Shown: positions 13,338 to 26,796, numbered from the stretch's first letter. The stretch: DNA of 64,000 nucleotides from Cystobasidiomycetes sp. EMM_F5 (GCA_051047955.1 JBPGPT010000035.1:1-64000); one strand, 5' to 3'. Numbers and translations: made by a program. Notes: a model not told the origin generated them from the letters alone.

Positions 13338-13757
13338 CGCGTCTTTTGCGCCGCCCAAAATTGCATTCGCACCCGCACCCGCACCCCTCGTTTCCTCTGG
13401 AGACACCATCTCGACCGTTCTCGTCAGGTCGTGGCGCCCTCTTTCGCTTTCGCATTATATACCCATACACCCGTAGCACAACTCTCATCCAGCTACCATC
13501 GCACGACACGACACGCAAGCTATTCGCAGTGCTCTTTGTATTTGTATCTACAGTTGCACGTACGCAGAAGGGAAGTATGGCAGTAAGGGGAAAAGAAGTA
13601 TGGGAAAGTCCGTACTTGGGCTCTCTAAAAGTACGGTAGATCTACCGTGTTGTCCTTCTGCTTGATGGACGTGCAAGGCTAGATATTTTGAGACAAATGT
13701 CTCGCGAACTACTCGACCCGGGAACCCGTTCTGAGTTGTACCCTATCTCCCGACGCA

Positions 13758-15571
13758 TCAGCCTCCTGAAGTACAGTAAAGCCTCCTATATCCATCCGTT
13801 TTGATTACCGGAATCGACGGCATTGCGGCTCATATCCACATCTCCTGCATTTGCCGATCTGCCGTACCAGATGCTGGCCCCTCCTAACCTGTCCAAGCCG
13901 AGATCTGGCTCGACATCTTCCAGATGCTTCTTGTAATTTTTACACAGCTCCATGAGCAATTTGAGGGTGTAGAGCGAGTCGTTACCTATTTCCGTGTCGG
14001 TTCAGTAAATGCTCCACTCGATTGTGAGAACAGCGTCACATTCACCTGCATTATGCAGAAACCTCGTATCTATACCAATGGTTCTACAAATGTTGCCAAG
14101 TTTTAGGGGAGGTGCTTTTTTGGGGTTGTTTGGTTTGTCAGACTTCCTTCCTTCTCTTGCTCGCTGCTTCTCGAGATCCTCTTCTATTGCCAAAAGATAG
14201 CTTCTCCACAGCCTCTGCGTGTCGAGAATGATCTTCTCGCCACGATCATACTTTTTATATACGAGCTGTCCATGCTCATTCATGATGGGCTTCAGGAGTC
14301 GTTCGGGAATGCGAGGCGCGTACTCGTCAAGATCGATATTCATAAGGCTGAAATACTGTCGCTCCGACTTGGCGTCATGAAATAGGAGGATGAAGGGTTG
14401 TTTGATATCTGACTTGTCGGGATTCTTGCTGAGCATGTCCATCCGGAAACGAAGGTACACGTTCACCTCGTCTTCGGACAAATACTTGGATTTGCCAAAC
14501 GCAAAAAGCTGCAGAAATTGCGTTTGCACACTGGTGGGAATCGGTACGAAAACAACGGCTCACATCTTTGGCGTCCGGACAGTATATCCCGTTTCGCTTG
14601 TCCAAATGATCGTTGACGACTAGACCACACATCAAGCTGCATTATGGACTATTCTTGCGCGTACGATGGATTACAAAAAGCTCACTGAGATGCTCTGCTC
14701 TGACTGTCGGTGGAATAGCATTACCGGCCCTCCATTGGACATGTGTCAGGCCGATTTCGATAATGTACTACCGCGACGAGCAATAAGCGCCAGTCGTCAG
14801 CTGGATTCCAACGCAGCACTTGTGTGTCTTGCTCGGCAAACTCAAAGATTCACTCACATCCTGTTGCTGATCCCATGCTTCACAGTCTACTGCCAGTATC
14901 GCACCGCCATACCTCGTAAACTCTGTAACGAGTTGATACGCCTCCCTCCATTCTTCCGACGTCAGAGGTGGTGCCTTTTTGCTAGACGATTTGATGTTTA
15001 TAATCGGATGAAAGTCGTCATCGTAGTCTGAGTCCTCGAGGGACGCTTCCCATGTATCTTTGGGACGAGTTGGTGCCGTTGAGGTGGATGTGGTAGCAGA
15101 GGTCGATGGGAGAGTAGAAGTGGAAGCGGTTGGAAATGTGTTTGACATGTATGAGGGGGTTGATTGCGGGACGGCATCGGCGGATGAGGACAGAATACGC
15201 GGTGCGGGTGCCATGTACGTCGTCGAGGAGGAAGCCCCATTACTATGTCCGTTACTACTTCCATTCCTGTTTCCATTGCTGTTGCCGTGTCCGTTATTCC
15301 AACCGCTGTTACTCGAGTTTCCACCCTTTTTTCCACCACCCTTCGAGACCCTCAGGCGCTGTCCACCTATGACTACACTATGTCCATTTGCTCGATATGC
15401 CTCGTCTGCGTGCTGCTCGACGACAAAAGTGACCATTCCCGACGAAGGGTTGTTTGGCATTGCAAAGCAGTTTTGTACAGCCCCATACTGCTCGAAGTAG
15501 GCCTTGATGGCTGCCCAGTCTGTGCTGCCATTGCACCCGGCTACGTGGAGCTGCCTGTCTTTTGTGCCCAT
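13758..15571 (-). CDS. RRM plus Gfd2/YDR514C-like DEDD (RNase H-fold) domain protein
   Basis: N-terminal RRM (YFEQYGAV...GMVTF), G/N/S-rich linker, AILAVDCEAW, LLFHD, LGNICRTIGI...LHNAG|NDSLYTL. 3' end approximate. Confidence 0.75.
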
Positions 15572-16016
15572 GTTTGTCTCTGGTTGTCAGTCTGGCAAGC
15601 CAGCTCGACAGTGCTCCATCGTCAATTGGAGAGTTAATGTTGGACAGAGCTGGATACACTGTCGCTGTAAGCAGCCATGTCTGGTTGTTGATAACGTTTA
15701 GAGTTGTTTGAATTGCTTCTAATCAGATTACGAGCAATTACAATCTCCTCCCAATCTGAATACAATAATCTCCTAATGCGATTAGTACCCGATTACTATT
15801 CCTTTCTAATGACTACTCCCTCCTCCTAATCCCCTCGGGCGATCGCTTCTCCACGACGTCATCGCCGCCACTTCGTCACGTCTCGGGACAGGCCAATTTG
15901 GGACGAGGCTCAAAGTGAAAAAGAAAACGAACGTCTGGCTTTGCTTTTGATTCTTCACATCCAGCTCATCGCATTCTGATTCACTGCACTAGCACTCACA
16001 ATATACACTCGCAGCC

Positions 16017-17359
16017 ATGGGTATCGTAGAGTGAGCTCGTCTCCCCCCGTCCCTCTCCAGCTTGAACCGAGGAGATCTGATGTCGTACTCGCCTGCAGCA
16101 ATGTAATGTCGGGACTCCGCGACAAGAAGGTCAGAGATGAACTATCGCACACCAACGCAAACAGAAACGAGTGGGTCTGGACTTTTTTCGAAGCTGTTGG
16201 ATGAGACTATAAGCTCACTTCATCGCAGAACCGGCCCGGAAGCTTTAGCGCTCGGCAAACCATCAGAGTACACCGTGGACGACAAGATCGGTGGAACGCA
16301 TACTCGCACTGTCCACGACCCAGTCGTGCACGAGACTGTCCTCCAACACGCTCACCATGAAGTCACCCCGATTGTCAACCGTGTCCGAGAGGAGACGGAG
16401 ATTCACCAGAGTAAGTGCAGTTCATGTCATGTTAGGTGGAGTGAGGCGAGGGATAGCGCGTGGACATTTTCGGAAGGCCACAAAACTCATTCCGATTTTC
16501 CCAATTGATTCGTGGCTACCCTCTTCCCCACTTCACACTGCATCAGCATAGCAGCCTTCGATATGTTATACTGACTCTGCCCTCCCCCGCAGAGATCCAG
16601 CCCGTTCTGCACCAACAAGAGCATCATACCCACCACCAACACGAAGCACCAGCGGTAACGCGTCACATTCAGGAGGATATTCCAGAAGAGCACGCTGCCC
16701 GATACCGCAGCCAGGGACTGCACGAGCACAAGCAGACCATTGGCGATCAGACTCACTCTACATCTGTCAACGCCCCGATTGTCAGAGAGCGTGTCAACAA
16801 GCATATTATTGAGGAGATTCACGTGAGTGGAGACGAGCAGTGCAAGCGGAGCGAGTGAAGCGCGCTTCGCTTGTCAAGTTTTCAATGTCCCATTCATCCG
16901 CTTACATGCCTGTCCTCACAGCCCATCATTCAAAGGCAGACTCAGCGCGTTGAGCACCACCACTCTACAGTAAGCAATCGACCAACCTTTTCTATGCTCG
17001 CTATCATACTTACTGTGATCTACAGCAAACCATCCACGAGACACACGTCAAGGCGCCACTTGTCCACTCAATGGTGACCAACGCCGCCATCAGCTTTGAG
17101 GAGTTTGCGGGCAAGCTGGAAGGTATCACGAAGGGTGCCATGTCTGGCAACCACTCTTCGACTGGTGCAACTACCGGTACCGGCGGAGTTACGTCTGGTT
17201 TGACCGGACACCATCATACTTCTTCGACCGGTGCTACGGGAACTGGTTTGACTGGCGGAAACCACATCCGCAATGGTGAGCTTGGCGTACCTCGTTACAA
17301 CAAAACAAAACTAACCGTATTATTTTTCAGAATCCGTTGGCTCAGCCAGCCGCATCTAA
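16017..17359 (+). CDS. His/Glu/Val-rich fungal protein with HETV/EIQPV motifs, many small exons
   Basis: HDPVVHETVLQHAHHEVTPIVNRVREETEIHQ, EIQPVLHQQEHHTHHQH, HIIEEIH|PIIQRQT; Gly/Thr-rich tail. Confidence 0.7.
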
Positions 17360-17694
17360 AAGAATTTGACTTTGCACTATCGCTCAAGTCGCTTCTTGCT
17401 TCAGTAAACCTCTTGACTGGCTGCCATTTCTCCGCAAGCTCTAAAATATCCATATAGCAGCAGTTGCGTGCACCTGCAGTCACACTCATAATTAACCATA
17501 CAGTGTAGACGTCGTATAATACATCAATGTTCAAGTCTTTCTCACTCTAGCCTAGCATGCATATAATACAATTCACAAACTTATCAGCTTTGGTGTTTTC
17601 GTGTCTTCACCTCGTAGCAATCGCGCTTCGACTCTGCCAAATTTGTGTCAACTGAGCACATACGCCGCAACGAGTACAGGAAACTCAGTACACA

Positions 17695-19874
17695 ATGTGA
17701 GTGCGCTGATGTAGACAGGGCGCGGCTGTTGAGCCTATCGCCAGACTCTTATTGCCTGAACTAGAGCTGAAAACTTGGGTTTGAAAACGCGGGCTGCACA
17801 GGGAATCACGACGCCTAAACTACAAGAATAAAGGGCAGTTTCGGCAGGACGAGCTCAAGAAGAAGCGCGAGGAGCAGCAGGTCGAGATTCGCAAACAGAA
17901 ACGGGAGGAATCTGTTGCAAAACGGAGGAATTTGGCGTCCACCGCGTCGGGAGGTGGTACTGCCAGTGGACTCGACAGTGACGATGAGGATGGTATCGCT
18001 GCACAGCTGGACAATCAGGTGCGCGAGATTACTCTGCGCGGTTAACGAGATTGACGAGACTGATTCCTATAATGCGTTTTTTTCGACGGTGCCTTGGGCC
18101 TATCGAATGTCTACACGGATACACAGCTACAAGAACAGCTACCTCAGATGGTCCAGGGTGTCTTCTCAGACTCGGTGGACGCCCAGCTCGACTGTACCAC
18201 AAAGTTCCGTAAACTGCTCTCGAAAGAACGCAACCCTCCCATCGAAAAGGTTATCGAATGCGGCGTCGTAAACCGTTTTGTCGAGTTCTTGAGGTCTCAG
18301 CACCCTATGATACAGGTGACGACTAATCCCTTCACGGTTGCAGCTGCATCTTGACTGACTCGGCCACCGTTCTCATTTCCTACGTCGAACGCTATAAAAC
18401 GCACAGTTCGAGGCGGCATGGGCATTGACAAATATCGCTTCTGGCACTTCGGAGCATACTCAAGTTGTCATTGAAGCCGGTGCAGTTCCCATCTTTATCG
18501 AACTGCTGTCATCTCCCGTTCTAGACGTAAAGGAACAGGCAGTCTGGGCACTCGGAAACATCGCAGGAGACTCTCCTAAATGGAGAGACTATGTACTCGA
18601 ACAGGGTGCGCTCAGACCGCTCTTAGCGCTGCTCAACGAGACGCACAAGATTCCGATGGTCAGAAATGCAACTTGGACCCTCTCCAATTTCTGCAGAGGC
18701 AAAAATCCGCAACCGAGCTGGGAGTTGGCGAGTTATGCTGTCTGAAATCTGTGAAGGTACTCTGACTGACCGTTCCTCTGTTCTGCTACAGATCTCCCCC
18801 GCTTTGACTATTCTCACAAAACTCGTCTACTCTCTGGACGATGAAGTTCTGATTGATGCCTGCTGGGCCATCTCATACCTATCAGATGGCTCGAATGACA
18901 AGATTCAAGCTGTCATCGAGTCTGGGGTGGTCAGGCGATTGGTAGATCTTCTCATGTGAGCACAGAATGGTACCGGAATGCTATACTAGCAGCAAGCTAA
19001 TGCGGTATTCGAACGCAGGCACAATTCGACTGCCGTACAGACGCCAGCACTGCGATCTGTCGGTAACATCGTAACGGGCGATGACGCGCAGACACAAGTA
19101 GTCATCTCATCCGGTGCTCTTCCAGCTCTTCTGTCCTTGCTATCTTCACCCAAGGAAGGTATTCGCAAAGAAGCGTGCTGGACAATCTCCAACGTCACTG
19201 CCGGGTCGCCTAATCAAATCCAATGCGTAATCGACGCAAACATCATTCCACCACTCATCAACATTTTGCAAAATGCAGACTTCAAGACGAAGAAGGAGGC
19301 GTGCTGGGCCATCTCGAATGCCACTTCTGGAGGTCTTCAAGAGCCTTCTCAGATTCGGTATCTCGTCTCACAGGGCTGCATTAAGCCGCTATGTGACCTG
19401 CTCAAGACGATGGACAACAAGATTATCCAAGTTGCCCTAGACGGACTCGAAAACATCCTCAAGGTCGGCGATGCAGACAAGGACGCGAACGGAGGTGTCA
19501 ACCAGTATGCTCAATTCGTCGAAGAAGCTGGTGGCATGGTCACGATTCACAACCTCCAACATCACGACAATCTCGAAATTTACAAGAAGTGCTTCTACAT
19601 TATGGACAAGTACGTTTTGCTCGGTGACGAAGTGGAGGAAGACAGTGTTTTCGGGGTGGCTGCTGATACTGGCGTATTTTAGATACTTTCCCGAGGACGA
19701 GGAGGCCGAAGTCGATACTGCCCAAGTCAACGAAGCTGGTGGCGTGAGTCCTTGATGATGATGTTGCAGTGCTCGACTTCTTTTCGGCTGAACGGTAACC
19801 CACCATGACAGTTTGCCTTCTCATCGGATATTCAAGCGCCAAATGGAGGCTTCAGCTTCGACATGCAACAATAA
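17695..19874 (+). CDS. SRP1: Importin alpha (karyopherin alpha)
   Basis: IBB domain (YKNKG...[16 protein letters not shown]) and ARM repeats ([40 protein letters not shown]). The start codon is split AT|G by intron 17697-17801. Confidence 0.97.
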
Positions 19875-20638
19875 GGTCCGCATTTTGACCAATCGATACC
19901 CATCTTCCCGCAATCTATTCCTGCACTGCTGCATGCTGTACCATGTCGCCGGCTAAATGTCGATAACTTCGACTGCTCAAGGCGAAGCGAGGCACGACAC
20001 AAATAAACATTCCTTGACAAGAGAGGCCTCTCTCTTTCCGAAGGAATTTTACCTGCCGGCAAACCGACCATACGCTCTGACGGAGCTCACAATCTACAGA
20101 CGTCGGACAAGCTCTCGATGCTTGACAAATACAGCGCAATTTCCCGTCGCATCATTACACTTCTGGTCCCGCCCTCATCAACATCACGACCTCTCACGAC
20201 CATGGATCCTTTCATCATCTACTTTCTCCTCCTTTGGCTTCCACTCGATCGGCGAGCACACACTCCCTTGGCTGATTGTCGGCTTCGTCGTGTCTGTACA
20301 CATTCAGTCTTAGTTTTTCTCTCGAAGCGTACGAACACTTCAGTTGTGATTGGGGCAAATGTAGAGTAAATCGCCTTTGCCATTCTTGTCGTATTGGGCC
20401 GATGTAATAAACCACCGATGGTTTCGTCTATCTCCAGACGGGCGACGCCTCGAGTTCTGCAAGGTAAGCATGGTAGTTTTTCTGTAAAGAAGGATGAACA
20501 GCAAACAGTAAGAATGGCAATGAAATAGTATGCCACAATTTACAAGCGACTGCGGGGCCTAATGAATCTTGCGTAATGTTACAACGACACCTCGGAAAAA
20601 CAACGCCGAGAAACATTAATACCTGCAACCACGACGGC

Positions 20639-22339
20639 TTAATCCCGCCGGCGCCGCTTGCTATACTCGTCGTGGTCGTCTCGCCGCCGAGGCGGACTCC
20701 GTGAACGCGATCTTGACCGCGAGCGTTGCCGAGACCGGCCGTACCCGTTGTCGCGATCCCCGTCATCTCGCCTATCGCGACTTTGCCAGCCTTTGTCTCC
20801 ACGGCGACTATCATCATGATCATTGCTGTTGCGATCTCTGCCAGGAGGCGAGCGAGATCGAGACCTTCGCCTAACCGGTCCGGCATTCGCGCCGCTCGGT
20901 CCTGCATTGAGCAACTGTGGACACTCTGCTTTGCGATGCGGTCCCCCGCAATTAAAGCAGCCATTTCCAGCTAGTGCCCCGCTCGCATAGGCATCGGCTC
21001 CTCCTCGAGCCCTACCGCCCGACAATCCAGCCAGATTCTTGCCGCCTACGCCCCAACCAGCATTCCGATCTGACGTGTCCTCCTTGGCTAGATGTGTATA
21101 CTTTGTTCGACCCATCTTGCCGAAATTCCGGACCTGCATAACTTCTGGCAGACTGGATGTATCGCGAGGACCAGAAGAGCCAGTTGCAGCTTGAAAGTCG
21201 TAGCGCTGTAGAATTTCCGAATCACCGTAGAAAGCGCCCTTATGATAGTATTTTTGTAGGAAGTTTGACGTTCCTCGATTGGCTGCCTTTTCGGCACGAA
21301 GCTTTGCTGCATGCTCCGTGTCCTCCTTGAGACGCAATGCCTCAGGGAGAGCTCTTCGCGCCTCAACTTCTTCACGTTCCTTTTCTCGACTGAATTCGCA
21401 AGCATTAGCAGAAGCCTCTCATTCGTAGAATGGTCACACTTACGCGTAATTTGCCTCGCGGTCTCGCTTGAGACGCATAAGCTCACGCAGTTTCCACGCT
21501 TCGAACTCTGCCTCTGGATCGAGACCGTCGGTATCATCGACATCTGGGAACTTCTCGCCAGCGTCTTTTGCAGCCAGTTCACGCTTGACGCTTTCGCCGA
21601 CCAAAGCAGAAGAGTGTTGACGACGCTTCTCTAGTTCAGCCTGACGCCGTAGCTCCGCCTCATCTGCGTCTTCTCCGTTTTCAGAAATGGCTATACTAGC
21701 AGTCGGCACCACTGTTTCCCGGTTGCGTCTGCAGAAGTGTAGTCAGAATCGGCTCATCCAGTAAACAGATGAGCTTGAATCATATTACGCACTTTGGAAC
21801 GAAGACAGGCTTGTACATCGGCTTGGGTTGTCCCCCCTCTGACTCCTCCTCTGATGAGGTCTCATCCTCGCTAGATTCCTAAGTAATAAAACTTGTCATT
21901 AACATGCGATGTGACTGAGTGACGAAATGTTCCATACCTGCTTGACTGTCGCTGATCGCGCAGATGGCCTTTGGTAAGTAGGCTTGCGGTCTTCTTCAGA
22001 CGACTCTTCCTCGGAGCTCTCCTCGGACTCTGTGGGAAGGAAAGCATTTAGATAGCTTCTCTTTCATTTATTTTTCTGCCTTGATAGATTACCTTGCTTC
22101 ACTGTACTTCTTGCAGGCAGATCTGGCTTTACATCTACTTTGATCTGTCGAGATGCTGCCGGCCTGCTTGTATCGATAATCTGAAAGCCGTCCGTCCTTC
22201 TCTGCTCTGGCACAATCTCTTGCTCGTCGTCTGAAGCGCTGTCATCGTCGTCGTTGTTTCCCTGGAATCCCTTTGGAGCCTGTCCGCGACGGTATCGATG
22301 GGCAGCCTTTGCTGGCCGCGCAATAACGGCAGGAGCCAT
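20639..22339 (-). CDS. MFAP1: Microfibrillar-associated protein 1 / Spp381-like splicing factor with zinc knuckle and RS tail
   Basis: KPVFVPK, DVDDTDGLDPEAEFEAWKLRELMRLKRDRE, FLQKYYHKGAFY, GKMGRTKYTHL; CFNCGGPHRKAEC. Confidence 0.92.
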
Positions 22340-22466
22340 TGCAAATTTGGCAATGTATTCCAGGCTATGTGCAGCTGCTATCTCTGCATGATTATCATTT
22401 GTTGCGCCATGATTGAGTGGAGCAAAGCAGCAATATGGTACTCAGGTCGAATGCCAGCTATTCTTC

Positions 22467-23525
22467 ATGACAACATGGTCCAACATGGACAGCGGCTCAG
22501 TCGGCAGCCAGCAGTATGCTCAGAATGCATTACCGCTGCAGGGTGGTCAGAATGGCCAGACATTTGATACTTTGGCAGGACAGGTCGATTCAGCCAGGCT
22601 AGCATTCAAGGTAGGATCTCGGTGTTCGATGGTACGTATAATTATCTGATATTGTCATGCAGGATAGTCTTTACCATCTTGCAATGCTCCTGCGCTTCCA
22701 CAGGGACGCTGAACAATTGGGAATCCAAAGCTACGCCGCCAGAGCTCCCAGAACACTGACAAGCAAGCTTGAGGAGTCCTTTCAGCGATATAACACTGTT
22801 TGTGACGGTATCGAAAATCAATTAGTAATGCATGCCTTCGTTTGCGACTTCCCGTATCATTTTACTGAAACATATCTCCGCAGATACAAGCTCGAGTTGC
22901 CATTCTCCACGACCTGGCAAAGTCGGATCCTCGCTTCCAGCTTGAATTACCGGCATCTGCGGTATCTAAAATATCTGGAACAGCAATCGCTGCCTCACCA
23001 AGCGTTTCCCTTTCTGCCATTCCAGAACCATCAGCTCAAAACGCCGCGTTTCTGCCAGAACAGCAGGATACGCTCAACGCAACCCAACAACCGCACGGAA
23101 TGCACACAGAAGCCTCTCTCACAATCATCACTCCGTTTGATCAAACAACGTCCACCTTGCTTGACGGCGATGACATGGAAGACTTGTTTGGTCCTCCTAC
23201 GGGAGCACCAACACAAAGCAGCAACTTTCCGACACCCGTCCCTGCGAATGCCGCTACTGCTCCGCCGCTGCCAGTGCAAGCCAGCTCTGCGAGTCAACAG
23301 TCTACCGGGGCTACCGGAACGTACGATGCTATCGACTTCCAAGCTTACGGAATCGATGATCCGGTTACTCTGAACGACTTTGATGACATGACATTTGGCG
23401 TGGCGTCTACAGACAATAACGATTTAAATCAAGATTTGGGCTTCCAAAACATGTCCACAGACGACTTCAACGCGTTGTTGGCTGGTCTCGGCGATCAAGG
23501 AGGCTCACAGCCATCGTGGATGTAG
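22467..23525 (+). CDS. Hypothetical protein, possibly Mediator tail subunit Med2/Med29-like
   Basis: Helical N-terminus with KLEESFQRYNTVCDGIENQL and an acidic D/F-rich C-terminus; two introns. The family call is tentative. Confidence 0.5.
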
Positions 23526-23670
23526 TCTTGCGTGGTTCATCATAATGTTGATGATACTCTCCTCCAAAGTTGGCGTGCAGGTTACTTCGGCAACCTCCGC
23601 CGCAGACACCGTTGGTATGCAAAAGAACTTTGGTGATTTCGACGCTGGTGCCAACACCGGCAAGTCACCT

Positions 23671-24336
23671 CTACATGCGCGACTTTGGAGGATCCGGCCC
23701 GAGTGCCAGTGTCATGCCAGGATCAGATTTCGCCATCGCTCGCTTGTAGGCATCCCTCTGACTGACTCGCTCCAGGTATGCAAGTATGTTCGGGTAGCCA
23801 GCCAAGCTGTACGGATTCCAGTAGCGTCCCGTTGTCAAAGTGTAGACGAGCATAGTATCGGCAGCCGTGAATTCCGGGCCAACTAGCCATTCGTTGTCCT
23901 TGAATCTCTCTTCAAGATGATGCAATGCCTGCAAGACCTTGTACTTCATGTACTTTATCATCGGATCCTTGATTTCCGAGTCGTCGGTTTTGAGCACTTT
24001 GGCGGCTCTGCCTACGGAAGGAAAGAAGGAGCCGCTCGTCCAGTGAAAGTAGTATACAAAATCGGCATAAAGAGGGTGGTCAGATCCTGGAAACATTCTC
24101 CCGCCGCCGTGCTTTTGACAGATGTACTGTGCGCATGCTCCGCTCTCCGCAAGTGTAATGCCGTCGTCCGTGATGACGGGCGCTGAGCCAGTCCAGTGCA
24201 GGGCTTTGTATTCTGGAGGCGCTAGAGCTGGGGCACGGTTGTACGTCTTGAGCTCGTAGGGAATCCCGAGCTCTTCGCAGAGCCAGACTGTGCGTTCTGA
24301 CTGCGAGCAGCCGAGGTGATGGACGGTGAGTCCCAT
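23671..24336 (-). CDS. Glutathione S-transferase (Gtt1-like), intronless
   Basis: MGLTVHHLGCSQSERTVWLCEELGIPYEL, APVITD...LAESGA, WLVGPEFTAAD. Confidence 0.92.
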   Translation of the reverse strand: MGLTVHHLGCSQSERTVWLCEELGIPYELKTYNRAPALAPPEYKALHWTGSAPVITDDGITLAESGACAQYICQKHGGGRMFPGSDHPLYADFVYYFHWTSGSFFPSVGRAAKVLKTDDSEIKDPMIKYMKYKVLQALHHLEERFKDNEWLVGPEFTAADTMLVYTLTTGRYWNPYSLAGYPNILAYLERVSQRDAYKRAMAKSDPGMTLALGPDPPKSRM

Positions 24337-24677
24337 CGTACTTTGCGAGCTTCTGATGGATGAGAATGTATTCCTGTACGTAGATTGCTCAAGAGACGCA
24401 GACTCGGATGGTCTGCAGCAGCTTCCGATGATATTATATATCGTTTGTCGCCGAGTCCGACAGCTAACCGCTACCTCCGCTGTCGTGGTCAGCAATACGC
24501 GCCAGCAACGTGGGCGTCGTTCAAATCTGTGAAGGTAAGCACAGCGTGCTATTGCATGTGATTGGTTTGTGCTAATTGTCGGTGTAGACGAGAAGTGCGA
24601 ACAGACACACGCGACTTTTATTGACGCCATCTTTCGGCATTGCGCTGATTACAACTAAGCTTGACTCATATCAAAGC

Positions 24678-25549
24678 ATGGCTGATCCTATCGATGACCT
24701 CCCTCCATCGTATTCTCAGGCGGAAGAGCAGCAGCCGCCTTCATTTGATAGAGCGATAAGCCATCGCTTGCCTCGACCTGAAATTCCAAAAGCTGCACCT
24801 TCTACGACAATATCCCTGCCCTTGTGAGAAGCATCTCGCTCGTTGGACGTTGGCATGCGCGCTCACCGCCGCAGCCTGCAGCTCGGTGAATGAGTCAAGT
24901 GCGGATATCAGAGGCTACTTTGTTGCCAATACTGCCAGTGCAGACTCGAAAGGCGGTCCTGATGTCAGCCTGGCAAACATCCACGGCAGTATAATATGCC
25001 AAATCTTCCTTCAATGCTCAGTGCCGAGACCCCTGGCCGTAAAAGCGGAGTGCAAGTACGGCCTCGTGCGATTAGCAGTCGCTGACCGGATTCCTGGACA
25101 AGCTATTTCTATAGAAGTCAGAGTGACGGCTGGAGACGGTAAGCGCGCGGTACTTGCAAACCCCTCGAAGATATGCTAACGGCAAAGGGCTTACCATCAT
25201 CCCCATGCAAGGTGACATACATCTGGCGGTGCCAAACGATTTTGACGGGACGCTTCTTGTCCACAATCTCAAGGGTCAGATCAACTTTCGGCTATTCATG
25301 ACGTTGGACGCGACTCAAGTCGATGTCCCCTCTTCAAACACTTCGAGGCTGGTCAAATACCGCATCAGGCCGCGAGCTGTGTACCGAGCTTTCGAAGGAA
25401 TGAAGGTTCCGCCCGTCTATGGCCCGCCGACAGACGATGGGAGGGACACCTGCGTGCTCTCAGCAAACAATGGAAAAATAACCATGGGCTACATTACAGA
25501 GTTTGTGGGACCGGATCTGACGCATAACGTCGGTTGTTGTATAACGTAG
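24678..25549 (+). CDS. Hypothetical protein, paralog A (PPSY motif, beta-rich domain, C-terminal CCIT)
   Basis: Three exons. MADPIDDLPPSYSQ...PPSFDRAISHRLPRP; homologous along its length to the adjacent gene. Confidence 0.75.
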
Positions 25550-25740
25550 GATAGATGAGATCCAAGGCAGTGTATATGATACGTAAGCAAAGTACCAACG
25601 TGAAGTTGTGTACAGCCTTACTGCATCCCACGTATATGTGTTTGCTCCGCATTTGCCCCACTAACAATAGTTTCGGCACCGTGGCACACCTTATCGTGGC
25701 GACAATCTGAGCGGGTTGCCAACGTCACGCTGCTTGGACC

Positions 25741-26588
25741 ATGACTAACCCGAGCGAAGACCTTCCCCCATCATACTCACAAGCTGATCAGGAGGATAAG
25801 CAGCCTCCTTCATTTGACAGTGCCATTAGCCATCGCTTACCGCGGCCAGAGATCCCGAAGGATGTCCCTACAACATCCGTCCACGCTCCCTTGTATGATG
25901 CGTACTAACGACAATTTAGACTGGTCTAATCTACCCTCCTCAGATCGTTAACCGAATCCAGCAAAGATATCAGATCATACTTTCTGGTCGATGTAGTAGA
26001 CATCAAAAGTGGACCAGATGTCAGCTTGAAAAACACACATGGTGCAATCATCTCGCAGATATTTCTCATAGGCTCAGTGCCTCGACGGGTCTCCATTGTT
26101 GCGGAGTCGAAATACGGACTGATACGCTTGGCCGTGGCCGACAGACTACCAGGACAAGGCATCGAAGTCGAAGTAGTAGCTGGAGCAGGTAAGGCTAAGG
26201 CTTAGCTGTGAACTTGGCGCAGCTCTGGACTCTGGCTGAGTGTCAGGCAGGCGATATCTTTCTTGCGGTCCCCAATGACTTCGATGGAACGATCGTTATG
26301 ACCAATTCAAGGAGCAAGATTGATTTCCGACCATTTATGGCGCTGGATGCTACAGAAGTCAAGGATACGAAGGCCGGTAGCTCCAAGTCTGTCAAATATC
26401 GCATACGACCGAGAGCCATCTTTCGGGCTTTTGGGGAACAGTTCTCTCCGCCTGCAGTATCGCCTGCGGATACAATTATGGATGAGTGCGGGATCACTGC
26501 ATCTCGTGGCAAGGTAGTGATGGGATACCATGCTGAGTTCGCTGGCCCGAATGACAATGGTTGGGATATTAGTTGCAGCGTGTCATGA
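25741..26588 (+). CDS. Hypothetical protein, paralog B (PPSY motif, C-terminal CSVS)
   Basis: Same exon structure and motifs as paralog A (LPPSYSQ, GPDVSLKN, AVPNDFDGT, KYRIRPRA). Confidence 0.75.
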
Positions 26589-26796
26589 TAAGTAGCAGCA
26601 AGCTGGACAGAAGGAAGTAACGCAGTAACATAATGGTTGGTGAGTTGGAGTCTTATGGAATGAACAGTGCCGTCTGGGGCATTAATTCGGGCAAGTTACA
26701 TAGTTGCTGTCTGTATTCGACTTCGCGCTTCAATATCAGTCGCGCTCGAGGTTGGCTTAGACCAAACATGCCTGAAGTCTGAGGCGAGCCTCCACA

